Virus record (IMG/VR): IMGVR_UViG_3300026484_000436
Location: 1 to 64,000 of that record
Direction: 5' to 3' (one strand)
DNA length: 64,000 nt
Source of the DNA: a virus
This document shows positions 44,967 through 54,579 of this stretch, piece by piece (the first letter of the stretch is position 1; each line of letters begins with the position of its first letter). The notes beneath the pieces are model-generated. The model did not search any database, was not told where the DNA came from, and saw only the letters and a list, made by a program, of their open reading frames with translations. A program made the position numbers and the translations under genes.

Positions 44967-45480
44967 TTTGATATAAAGATGATTCCGATATTATTGTGGC
45001 AGGATTTGTTCCATTATTATTTATATAAGGGTCTGGAAAAATACTTGGGTCATATGGCACTTTTGTTCCATCAGGTAGTAACACATATATTATTTTACCA
45101 GTCAAATCATCTTTTATATAAATTAAAGTATCTTCTGAATTAAAAGTATTTGCTTCTTTAACAATTTTATTGATAAAACATTTTCCAGAATTGTCAAGGT
45201 ACCACTTAAAATAGTTGAAAAAATCTTTTATTTTATCTAATTCATTGCCGATTATTTTAAACTCTTTTTCTATGAAATAATCGAATGTGATTCTTTCATC
45301 TTCTGCTTTTTTCATTTTTTTCTTAACAATCTCTAAATTTTCGTCAAGTATGAAATCATTTTCAAGAAGATGATTAAATTTTTCAAAATAATTTTCGTCA
45401 TTAAAAGAAGAGAATGAATTTTGGGAATTTCCTGTATAGTAAAACTCAAAATCCTCTAAATTCCATTTTAATTTTTTCAT
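44902..45480 (-). CDS. fibre-attachment-like protein
   Basis: FEKFNHLLENDFIL motif. Confidence 0.55.
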   Translation of the reverse strand: MKKLKWNLEDFEFYYTGNSQNSFSSFNDENYFEKFNHLLENDFILDENLEIVKKKMKKAEDERITFDYFIEKEFKIIGNELDKIKDFFNYFKWYLDNSGKCFINKIVKEANTFNSEDTLIYIKDDLTGKIIYVLLPDGTKVPYDPSIFPDPYINNNGTNPATIISESSLYQNVPFDFCQGENTFLEEEYEFC

Positions 45481-45489
45481 TCAAATCCT

Positions 45490-46629
45490 TTAAAATAGTT
45501 TTACAATGCTATTTACCTCATCAATTACAACCCCTAAGGTATCTATTGTTTTTATAAGTGAAGTTTTACACATACCCGGATTTTCAAAATCTGGTTCAAC
45601 ATATCTTCCTCTTTTAACATCATTTGAAATTTTTACAAAAATCCTCCCAACTAATGCTATTTCAGAAGTATATTTTTTTGTATCTCTAAAATTTTCATTT
45701 AAAAGTATAGCATAACTATCCGACACTATCCCAAGAACAGGTCCATTTGTAAAAATCGTCCCTTCTGTTTTCTTACCAACTTGAAGTAATGTCCCAGGTT
45801 CATATTTTTTATCCGTTTCATAAACTTCTGCGATATCTGCTTCTGTTCTACTATAAAAATGCCCCACAATTCTTTGTGCATTTATTTCATATATTGGATT
45901 TTCAAGTGTCCCTATTTTTGATGAATCATTTTCCGGTATTATTTTTTTAATTATAACATTTTCTGAGTTTAAAATCAACTTATTATTGGATTTTATTTCG
46001 AGATTATCATAAGGGGAATTCGAATTGAGTTCTAAAAGTAAAGTGTTTATACCATCTTCATTTTTTAATTTTAAATTACCATACACATTTGCTTCATCAT
46101 TGATATACTCAAATAAAACCCCATTTGAATTATCTTCTTTTACTTTAAATTTTGCTCCTGTACCTTCTGTATTAAATTCAATCAATTCTTCTTTAAAAAC
46201 ATAACTATCCGATATTTGAAATTCATCCGTCTGTAAAACACCAATTTTGGCATTATTTATTTTTGCGATTGTACTTGTTAATGATGTCGTTATAAGGTCA
46301 TTTGAAATAGACTTATTGGCAGTTGTATTTTCCACAATAATTTCATCGGATATGACTTTTTGTATTTCTGCTTCTGTAGATGTTATTTTTGTGATTTCAG
46401 CAGTTGATGCTTCAATATAATCTAAAAAGTTTTTTTTACTATAAATTGTGTCTATAGATAAGGTATTGTCAGAAAACACCTTTTCAATTTTTATTATTCT
46501 ATCATCAAGATTGTTTAAATCATATTCTATTTGATTTATTATTGAATTTAAAAAAGACGATGATAAAACTGTTCTTTGAGTTTTATCGTCCCCTTCATAA
46601 AATTTTGTAAGTGTTTTGTAAGGTATCAT
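45490..46629 (-). CDS. tail fibre/spike with a C-terminal intramolecular-chaperone-like domain
   Basis: ADIAEVYETDKKYEPGT..VLGIVS..IALVGRIFVK. Confidence 0.7.
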   Translation of the reverse strand: MIPYKTLTKFYEGDDKTQRTVLSSSFLNSIINQIEYDLNNLDDRIIKIEKVFSDNTLSIDTIYSKKNFLDYIEASTAEITKITSTEAEIQKVISDEIIVENTTANKSISNDLITTSLTSTIAKINNAKIGVLQTDEFQISDSYVFKEELIEFNTEGTGAKFKVKEDNSNGVLFEYINDEANVYGNLKLKNEDGINTLLLELNSNSPYDNLEIKSNNKLILNSENVIIKKIIPENDSSKIGTLENPIYEINAQRIVGHFYSRTEADIAEVYETDKKYEPGTLLQVGKKTEGTIFTNGPVLGIVSDSYAILLNENFRDTKKYTSEIALVGRIFVKISNDVKRGRYVEPDFENPGMCKTSLIKTIDTLGVVIDEVNSIVKLF

Positions 46630-46640
46630 TTATTTATCCT

Positions 46641-47810
46641 TTAAAGTTTCCAAAGGAGATTTACTAATGAATCTATTGCAGTATTATCATTATCTGAAAC
46701 AGAAACAGTTATTTTCGTAATGTTTTCATCGTCATCTTTTGAAAATTGTAAAAAAACATTTTTTGGACTATCGTCAATTATGCCTGTTAAAATCATAAAT
46801 GAAGTAGTTTCCAATTTATCAGTATCTATATTTATATCCATAATTCCTGCATCATCTCCACTAAAAGAAATTGCCGTATCATCAATTTTTTCACTTTTAA
46901 AAATGACTTTGCACTTGTCTTTATCGCTGGTATCTATAAAAAATTGAATTTCTCCTGTAATGGGTTCTATTTTTGAATGATTTATATCTATTGATGTATC
47001 ATCATTATATAAAACATTGTCTTTAATTATGGCATTATATTTTTTTTCTATAAGATTTTCAGAATCAGTTTTCATAAAACCATCTTCATAAATAACATTT
47101 TTATCTAAATCTAATAAAGTATCATCATTATTTTTTAAAACATTATCATCAATAATAACATTTTTATCAAGTTCTAAAATAACTTTATCATTTACAATTA
47201 AATTGTTATCATTTTTAATGACATTTTTATCCAGATCTAATAAAGTATCATCATTATTTTTTAAAACATTATCATCAATAATAACATTATCTTTAACAAT
47301 TTTGTAAAATTCATTTCCATCTTCATCAAGCATATAAATATAATTATCATCATTTATATATAAATTTATATTTTTTTGGGCATTTTCATTTATTTTATTT
47401 ATTTCAAGTTTTATATTTCCATCATTATCAACTAAATTATCCCCATCTAATTTGGCATTATTTGGAATTATTATTTCATTTACTACATCGTTTCCATCAT
47501 CATCAATGGTTATAAACGACACATTTCCCGTATCTTCATCAAGGTATAAATTGATGTATTTTTTTATTTCTTCTGGATAAGTATTGAAATCCACAATAAT
47601 ATCATTAGAAGTTTGTAATACATTATCAACTATTTTTCCAATCCTTTTTAAATCATCCAATGAAGGGTATAAAGACCCTAAATCAAAAGTTGTTTGGATT
47701 AAAGGGGCCAAATCAAAATAATTTTCGTTTTTTGAAGTCTTTATTTCATCCGCTTCTATTTTACCTTTTTTCTCATAATCAGGTTTTGCGAATCTACTAT
47801 TTATACTCAT
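46641..47810 (-). CDS. acidic structural protein with ~21-aa tandem repeats
   Basis: NVIIDDNVLKNNDDTLLDLDK repeated near 47090-47290. Confidence 0.6.
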   Translation of the reverse strand: MSINSRFAKPDYEKKGKIEADEIKTSKNENYFDLAPLIQTTFDLGSLYPSLDDLKRIGKIVDNVLQTSNDIIVDFNTYPEEIKKYINLYLDEDTGNVSFITIDDDGNDVVNEIIIPNNAKLDGDNLVDNDGNIKLEINKINENAQKNINLYINDDNYIYMLDEDGNEFYKIVKDNVIIDDNVLKNNDDTLLDLDKNVIKNDNNLIVNDKVILELDKNVIIDDNVLKNNDDTLLDLDKNVIYEDGFMKTDSENLIEKKYNAIIKDNVLYNDDTSIDINHSKIEPITGEIQFFIDTSDKDKCKVIFKSEKIDDTAISFSGDDAGIMDINIDTDKLETTSFMILTGIIDDSPKNVFLQFSKDDDENITKITVSVSDNDNTAIDSLVNLLWKL

Positions 47811-47821
47811 TTTAAAACTCC

Positions 47822-48910
47822 TTAAATTTTTACAAGAACTTCATCAGTTCCATTTTCAAGTGCTACACCAATAAGTCTTAAATTTTCAGGCATTGTCAAG
47901 ATATTATCAATTGCTTTACCTTTTCCATTTGAATCAGCAATAATATATTGTCCTTTTTTCGCTTCACCTATGATTTTAACTTTTACTTTTCCTTTTAGTG
48001 CAATAAGTGCTGGATTATCATAATTTCCTTTACCAAGGATTGTCCCAGGTTTTTCAGAAATTACACCTAAAAGTTTTCCACCATTATATAAAGTCCCATT
48101 GACATTAAGATTTTCAGCAACTTCCAAGATTGTACCAACTTCATACTTTTCATCAGCAGAATAGTACTCAGCAATATCCTCTCCTACAGTTTTAAAATCT
48201 CCTGCCATAACAGTTGAATTATCAACTTCTCCATCTGCATAAAATAAAAAAGTGTTAGGTGTGTCGCCATCGTTTGAATCATCATAAACAATCGCATCTT
48301 GTAAATCTTGACTTCCAAAATTATAATACGATTTTAAAGCATAAAATGCACCCGTTCTGATAAAAGAATTATCATAGTTATCTCCAACTTTAAAGTCTAA
48401 ATAATCTACTTTTTCTTCATCAACTGTATCTTCAATAACTTCAAGTTTAGAGTCAATATCATTAAATTTTATTTCTTCTACATTTAAAGTATGTATTTTT
48501 AATTTTTTAAGATTCCCATCGTCATCTTTTAAAGTCATAGTTTCATCATTATAATCTAGATTTAAACCATTTAATTTTATTTTTATTGTATCGATTTTAT
48601 AAGAATCTATAATAATCTTATTTTCATCGTCTTTATTCCTTAAAGTGATTTTTTCACTGCCACTTTTTAAAATAGCGCCATTAAAATTAAAGGTTCCAGA
48701 CACATCAAAATCATTAGTTTTTAAGTGTGAAGCAGTTGAGTTGCCACTCTCAAAATCTTTAATTGTTTGGTCTAATTTTTCATCGTTTTTTTCTAATTGT
48801 TTTAAGGGTAAATTCAGGTTCGTCCCATTAAAAGGTGTATATCTGTCAGGGTCTGAACCTTCATACCACAAAAACATATTATCTTGTGTGTAAGGTATAT
48901 AATTTGCCAT
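47822..48910 (-). CDS. tail fibre/spike with a C-terminal intramolecular-chaperone-like domain (paralog of 45490-46629)
   Basis: LNLPLKQLEKNDEKL; EDIAEYYSADEKYEVGT..GVISEKP..IALKGKVKVK. Confidence 0.72.
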   Translation of the reverse strand: MANYIPYTQDNMFLWYEGSDPDRYTPFNGTNLNLPLKQLEKNDEKLDQTIKDFESGNSTASHLKTNDFDVSGTFNFNGAILKSGSEKITLRNKDDENKIIIDSYKIDTIKIKLNGLNLDYNDETMTLKDDDGNLKKLKIHTLNVEEIKFNDIDSKLEVIEDTVDEEKVDYLDFKVGDNYDNSFIRTGAFYALKSYYNFGSQDLQDAIVYDDSNDGDTPNTFLFYADGEVDNSTVMAGDFKTVGEDIAEYYSADEKYEVGTILEVAENLNVNGTLYNGGKLLGVISEKPGTILGKGNYDNPALIALKGKVKVKIIGEAKKGQYIIADSNGKGKAIDNILTMPENLRLIGVALENGTDEVLVKI

Positions 48911-48924
48911 TTTAATCCTTTTTC

Positions 48925-49479
48925 TTATTTATCGCAAGTTTTCTTAAAATAAATTGTCCAACTAAATTTTAGTTTCATTTCATAGTTTTTGTATATTGCT
49001 GCTCTCGTTTTTCTTGAAAACATTATATTTTTGTCATCCTTATCGTCATTACCTGTATTTTTATAAACACTTTCTGATAATAGACCATATTCTGTAATAA
49101 GTTGTTCTCCATTTGAACCATTACATTCGTCTTTTTCAAGGACGATTGAAAAAGTTACACCATAACCACCCACATCTTCGTAAGTTTCAACATCAATTTC
49201 TTTTCTAAAAACTTCATTTTCTAATTCGTAGTCATTACAACTTGGTGGTCTAACATTTTTTAAATCATCGTTCTCATCAAGATTCATATCACCCAATACT
49301 ATATATTTAATACCTTTTATGTCTTCGCCTGCCATAAATCTACTAAATAAATAACCACTATCTGAAACGATTAAGTTTTTTTCTTGAAAAATTGTTTCAA
49401 TTACATTGTCTTCATCGTCAAGTCTTTCACACTTGACAATACCCATCATATTCTTTTTAGTAAATATATCTAAAAGCAT
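48925..49479 (-). CDS. baseplate / tail-fibre attachment protein (start likely MLLDIF at 49479)
   Basis: KNLIVSDSG, YIVLGD, LENEVFRK, ITEYGL, MFSRKT..IYK......FSWTIYF. Confidence 0.7.
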   Translation of the reverse strand: MLLDIFTKKNMMGIVKCERLDDEDNVIETIFQEKNLIVSDSGYLFSRFMAGEDIKGIKYIVLGDMNLDENDDLKNVRPPSCNDYELENEVFRKEIDVETYEDVGGYGVTFSIVLEKDECNGSNGEQLITEYGLLSESVYKNTGNDDKDDKNIMFSRKTRAAIYKNYEMKLKFSWTIYFKKTCDK

Positions 49480-49535
49480 CTTTGTTCCTTTAAAATTACT
49501 TTTATTTATATTTAATAAAAACCACAAAAGAATTT

Positions 49536-51668
49536 TTATTCTTTTGTGAAAAATTTCCTAACAACTATTTGGGCATTTCCTTTACCTACAAAATACTGCT
49601 CCTTGAGATTCATAACATATTTTTCATCATCAATTAAAATATCGTTACCACCTATTTTCCAAGTTTTACCTTGATTTTTATATTCATCTTTTATTAACCA
49701 TTCTCCTGAAAACATATAAGTACCTGGAGGTTCTTCGGAATCTTTGATATAATCTTCTGCATCATCTCTATTTGATATATCACTTGTATTATTCACATAT
49801 CTAAAAGTGTCTTTTTCAACTAACTGAAATACTTTATTTTCATAAAAAGATTTATTTTCATACTTTTTTATATAAACGACATCTTTCTTATTTTTTAGTT
49901 TTAATGAGAAATGAGAACTCATTCCGCAAAATACTTCCACAAGGATATTTTTTGATTTATCAAGACAAGTCTTTCCAACAACTAATTCATTATAGTTATA
50001 ATCGCCAAAATCATTAGACCCATATACCTTAATATCCTCTTTTTTATTATCAACAGTACCACTTGTATTTAAGTTAGAGTTTTTAACCATTTGCACATCT
50101 ACTCCAACCTTCGTATCATAAGGATTGAAATATCCATCGGAAAAAATTGCCAACTCTTCTGAATTAGATTTATTAAAGTTATAAATTTCATTGAAGTTTA
50201 AGTCTGTTTCAATTGCTGTTTCTTCTATATTTTTTTGTTTATACACATCTTTTACATCTAATTCTAAATCTACATCAAATTCAATTTCTGGAGAAATAAT
50301 ATATTCAGATACCAATTTAGATGATAAGTTTTCAAAATACTTATTTAAGAAAAATGGCATTCTTTCTTCTAAAATTTTGTTTAAAGTGCCTAAATTTTGT
50401 CTAAAATCCATAACCGATTTTTCGTCGTTCAAATCAAGTACAACATCATAGTCTATATAGCATTCTTTTGAAGAACCTTCAAGTTTTAAAGCACTTGACT
50501 TAATTTCATCACCTGGTATTTTAAAACTCTTAGCATTTGAAATTTTAAAGTTCCTATCATTATTTATTTTTAATGTTACTTCTCTAAAATCAAAACCTTT
50601 TATATCTTGAAGATGTTTAAGGTATTTTTTAACATCATCAAGTATTTCTATTCTTCTATTGACTAATTTATCCACATAGTAACCATTTAAAGACATATAA
50701 ATATCGTTTTCAATGGTATTATTTACAAAATATAATCCTGCATATTCATTCCCATCTAATTCAAAATTCATACATCTATCTAAAGCAACTTTTTCCCAAT
50801 CAACCCTAATATATTTGTCAATCTCTTCGGTTATAACACATTTGAAATCATTTTTAAATTTTTGATAAAGATTATAGTTAGTATTAAACACTTCCATAAT
50901 CTCATAATAATTATCTATATTATAGTTAAAAAAGTAATTCAAAAAATTAGTATATTTAGTATTTTCATCTCTAAATGTTATCTTTTCAAAAATATTTGCT
51001 TTACTTATTAAATTTATATCCCTATACGAACCTTTCATTTCTAGATATGAATCAAGTATTTCAGGTTCTAAGATATTATAATAATTATCAAGTGTTCCAG
51101 GTTGGTAGTTGATAGTATATGCTTTAAATTGATAATCATTCCTGTTTATATCAAACTCTGGTAAAATGTCATTAACTTTTTTCAATAGCGATTCTGTCAT
51201 CGAAAATATATTTATAGGTATAGTTTCTGTATATTCTTTAATATAATCCAATTCTAATTCGACACCATTGGAAGCAGTTATCTCAAATTTTTCAACTTCA
51301 AAAAAATTAAATCCACTTATAGGTTTATAATTTTTTAAGATTACAACATTATCTTTATTATAATAAATGCTCATTAATTGACGATTTGAATACTCAAAAG
51401 AGTGCCCATTTATGATAAGAGTAAAAGAATCTTTTACATTCCTATTTAGGAGGGAAATACTGATAAAACCTTCATTTTTGCCTAAAAATCTTTTAAGTGA
51501 TGAATTATAAAATCCATCATTTTGTTTTTCAAATCTTAAATTATTCTTAAAATTTACAATTTTTTTAGATTTATTTTTATAAGATGTTAAAAATTCGGGA
51601 GATTTGTATGACCTCCCGAATTTTTTTAAGTTTTCAAATTTTACTCTCCAATCGATGTTTAAATTCAT
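49536..51668 (-). CDS. putative baseplate wedge protein (gp7-like position)
   Basis: directly follows gp6; YLEMKGSYRDINLI resembles the KGT motif of gp7/P2-I-like proteins. Confidence 0.5.
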   Translation of the reverse strand: MNLNIDWRVKFENLKKFGRSYKSPEFLTSYKNKSKKIVNFKNNLRFEKQNDGFYNSSLKRFLGKNEGFISISLLNRNVKDSFTLIINGHSFEYSNRQLMSIYYNKDNVVILKNYKPISGFNFFEVEKFEITASNGVELELDYIKEYTETIPINIFSMTESLLKKVNDILPEFDINRNDYQFKAYTINYQPGTLDNYYNILEPEILDSYLEMKGSYRDINLISKANIFEKITFRDENTKYTNFLNYFFNYNIDNYYEIMEVFNTNYNLYQKFKNDFKCVITEEIDKYIRVDWEKVALDRCMNFELDGNEYAGLYFVNNTIENDIYMSLNGYYVDKLVNRRIEILDDVKKYLKHLQDIKGFDFREVTLKINNDRNFKISNAKSFKIPGDEIKSSALKLEGSSKECYIDYDVVLDLNDEKSVMDFRQNLGTLNKILEERMPFFLNKYFENLSSKLVSEYIISPEIEFDVDLELDVKDVYKQKNIEETAIETDLNFNEIYNFNKSNSEELAIFSDGYFNPYDTKVGVDVQMVKNSNLNTSGTVDNKKEDIKVYGSNDFGDYNYNELVVGKTCLDKSKNILVEVFCGMSSHFSLKLKNKKDVVYIKKYENKSFYENKVFQLVEKDTFRYVNNTSDISNRDDAEDYIKDSEEPPGTYMFSGEWLIKDEYKNQGKTWKIGGNDILIDDEKYVMNLKEQYFVGKGNAQIVVRKFFTKE

Positions 51669-51677
51669 AACATTCCT

Positions 51678-53342
51678 TTACTCCACAAAATTGACATCAA
51701 TACCATAAAATACTAAATACTCATATTTCTCAGAGTTTATGATATCTTCATTTGCTATATTTTTAATATATTGAACTGGATAAACTTCAACTCCATTATC
51801 CACGCTTTTATATTTTGTAACCTCAGAAATTATTTTATTTACTTCCAAAGAACTATTCATTTTATATTCATACTTTTTAATTACTTTTTTGATATAGTTA
51901 TAAACTTCATCTTGAAACTTATTATTAACTAATTTAACCTCAAAACTTAATCCTGTTATTTTCGGTATTCCTGGAATATACACTATATTTATGCCTACAA
52001 TAGAAACTCTTTTCATAAAATTATCCAAATAAAGCAACTCAGAAGTCGTTAAGTTTTTTCTAATAGGTTCATCCCCTTTTTTAACATAATAAACATTTAA
52101 GATGCAACTTTGACTCTTCATAAAATCATTTAATTTTATAATTTCTATATTCTCACCTGATACTGAAATTTCCCTTTCAAGAAATTTTTGTTCTATATAT
52201 AATTCCACCTCATTTTCAGGGTTCGTTACCATCCTTGGGGTAACTATTAAATTCATTTTTAATAAGTCGTAAAATCTTTTTATAAAGTCGTTCATAGATT
52301 CATAACTATACTTTGATAATTTTATTACGGAACCCTCTATTAAAAGTTTATATTCTTTTTCGCCATCAAAATCATCCATTTCTTTAAATTTCAATTGCCA
52401 CCCTGCTGGTATATTTTGCTCGGGTTCTAAATAAACATCATCAAAGATATTTGAATTTAAAATATGATAATAATAGTCTTCTTTTGTTACTGCTCTTCCG
52501 TTGGTTGTTTTTAAAAAGGGTGCCATAATTTTTATTTTATCAAGTGTATCTTCATCTAATCCATAAAAATAAATATCTTTAAATTCAAAATTAAAATTCA
52601 TTTTAATTTTAAAATCATTAGATTTTAATTTACCATCTGTTTCCATATAAATAAATTTAACTTTTTTTAAGTTTGTTCCAAAATTATTTTCTAAGTCATT
52701 TATATAAATAAATGCCTCTTTATTTGTTTTAGACCAATTTACGATTTTGTTATTTAGTATATAATCTTCAAACATAGTAGATAATCCAACGATTTCAAGG
52801 TCATCAATTATTGCTAACATATTATCATTATCTACACTTCTTAAAAATTCAGATTTTAGTAATAAGTTGTTTTTCTTATTAAAAAAAGTTTCGATTTCTA
52901 CTTCTTGTTTAATTCCTATTTTTAAATTTACAAAATCATTATATTTTATTTTTTTAGGTTTATCCAAATACACTATATCATAATTTTTTTTATCTATCGT
53001 AACTTTTCCTAAAACTTGCCCTAATTCTAAAATTATATCTTCATTACCTAAATAAACAAATGAAAATTCGGGTGCCTTTGCTCTTTGAAATCTATATCCT
53101 AATGGATAAGCGCTTTCAAAAACCGATGTTTCAAGTTTCGCTTTTTGTAAATATGTTTCTTCTCGGTACATTTTATTTTTGAATAAAGTCATAGAAGTAT
53201 AACCTGCTAAAAGCGAAGCAATTAAATCAGTCGTAGAATTATCCATTTTCGCTTGGATTTCCTTAAAATTATCAAGTGATTTAATATATTTTAAAAAATT
53301 TTCTTTTATTTCGTTAAAATCGACTTTTTGAATATCTAACAT
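51678..53342 (-). CDS. gp6: baseplate wedge subunit (gp6 / baseplate J-like)
   Basis: DFNEIKENFLKYI, ETYLQKAKLETSV...LGY, DTLDKIKIMAP....GRAVTKEDY. Confidence 0.88.
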   Translation of the reverse strand: MLDIQKVDFNEIKENFLKYIKSLDNFKEIQAKMDNSTTDLIASLLAGYTSMTLFKNKMYREETYLQKAKLETSVFESAYPLGYRFQRAKAPEFSFVYLGNEDIILELGQVLGKVTIDKKNYDIVYLDKPKKIKYNDFVNLKIGIKQEVEIETFFNKKNNLLLKSEFLRSVDNDNMLAIIDDLEIVGLSTMFEDYILNNKIVNWSKTNKEAFIYINDLENNFGTNLKKVKFIYMETDGKLKSNDFKIKMNFNFEFKDIYFYGLDEDTLDKIKIMAPFLKTTNGRAVTKEDYYYHILNSNIFDDVYLEPEQNIPAGWQLKFKEMDDFDGEKEYKLLIEGSVIKLSKYSYESMNDFIKRFYDLLKMNLIVTPRMVTNPENEVELYIEQKFLEREISVSGENIEIIKLNDFMKSQSCILNVYYVKKGDEPIRKNLTTSELLYLDNFMKRVSIVGINIVYIPGIPKITGLSFEVKLVNNKFQDEVYNYIKKVIKKYEYKMNSSLEVNKIISEVTKYKSVDNGVEVYPVQYIKNIANEDIINSEKYEYLVFYGIDVNFVE

Positions 53343-53345
53343 TTT

Positions 53346-53705
53346 TTACCTTTGTATTATAGTAAATGATTCACTTAAACTATAAACCCCATCCAATCCA
53401 TTTATTTTAAATACCAATTTTAAAATATATAATCTTGAAGTAGAGTCTATTGATATATCAGTTTCATCCAAAAGAGTAATCTCAGGGACAAATTTTAAAA
53501 GGCAATTTTTTAGTTTTAATTTAATTGCCGTTAAATGCCAAACTTCAAGAGTCCCAAAAAGATATTCTCTTAAATCACAATCAAAATCTCTACAAAAAAA
53601 CCAATCACCTTGTATTGATTGTAGTAATAATTTGATTTTTTGAGTTATAGCATCGACATCATTAACAAATAAATTGTCTGAAATTGATAAATCCGTATAA
53701 ACCAT
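53346..53705 (-). CDS. gp25: baseplate wedge / sheath initiator (gp25-like)
   Basis: YTDL..DVDAITQKIKLLL...GDWFF..DFDCDLREYLF. Confidence 0.85.
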   Translation of the reverse strand: MVYTDLSISDNLFVNDVDAITQKIKLLLQSIQGDWFFCRDFDCDLREYLFGTLEVWHLTAIKLKLKNCLLKFVPEITLLDETDISIDSTSRLYILKLVFKINGLDGVYSLSESFTIIQR

Positions 53706-53724
53706 TTTTTCCCTTTTGATGTAT

Positions 53725-54567
53725 TTAATTCAAGTTTATTGTGGCACCTTTTATATTAACATTGGCACCGGCAGTTAAATTTATGTTACCCGCCACTTTT
53801 ATGTTTAAATCCCCATTGACTTCTAGAGTATCATTTAAACCTATTTTTGTACTTCTATTACCCTTTATATCAACATTCATATTTTTTAAAACTTGTAAAA
53901 TAAAATCATCATTATATTCTTTTTTAACTAATTTATCCACAACCTCTAACAATTCTTCAAGAATATGATTATATTTATTTTTCAAAAATATATTATCGCT
54001 ATTCCCCGAAACCATAAAATTTCTATCTTGCATAACATAATAAATTTCCGTTCCTGGTACTTTATATTCACTATTCCCTTTTCCATCCACTTTTTGATAA
54101 TAACCAGTATGATGAACTCTCCACCATTCGCCTGTGGTAAAATTAAATTTTTCAAAATCATTTTGTTTATTTATTGTCATCTTAGTATTAGGGTAATCTT
54201 GTTCTGAAGAATAATTTATATCGGACATATCTGTTATATTTGTGTATTTTACTTCGACTTGTTTAACTGTCGTATGTTTGATGTCTTTTTCAGCATCTTG
54301 CTGTTCGTGATTATCAGAAACAGCAGAATCAGTTTCTTGGGCAGAATGATTTGCCTCATCTTTTGCCTTAGTTTTTAATTTATTTTCTTCACTTTTTTGC
54401 TTTAACGAAAGCATTTTTTTCGCATTATTTGTCAATTTCTTTGATTGCTCGTGTAAAGGTTTTGATATAGATTTTAATTTATCCCTAACTTCGTTTTCAA
54501 GTGGATGACCCTTTAAGTTATTTTGCCACTCATCTAATTTTTTATTTACATCACAGAACAAACCCAT
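53725..54567 (-). CDS. baseplate spike gp5, C-terminal beta-helix fragment
   Basis: YPNTK..RVHHTGYYQKVDGKG, (V/I).GN octapeptide repeats, IKGATINLN end. Confidence 0.85.
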   Translation of the reverse strand: MGLFCDVNKKLDEWQNNLKGHPLENEVRDKLKSISKPLHEQSKKLTNNAKKMLSLKQKSEENKLKTKAKDEANHSAQETDSAVSDNHEQQDAEKDIKHTTVKQVEVKYTNITDMSDINYSSEQDYPNTKMTINKQNDFEKFNFTTGEWWRVHHTGYYQKVDGKGNSEYKVPGTEIYYVMQDRNFMVSGNSDNIFLKNKYNHILEELLEVVDKLVKKEYNDDFILQVLKNMNVDIKGNRSTKIGLNDTLEVNGDLNIKVAGNINLTAGANVNIKGATINLN

Positions 54568-54579
54568 TTATTCTCCCTT

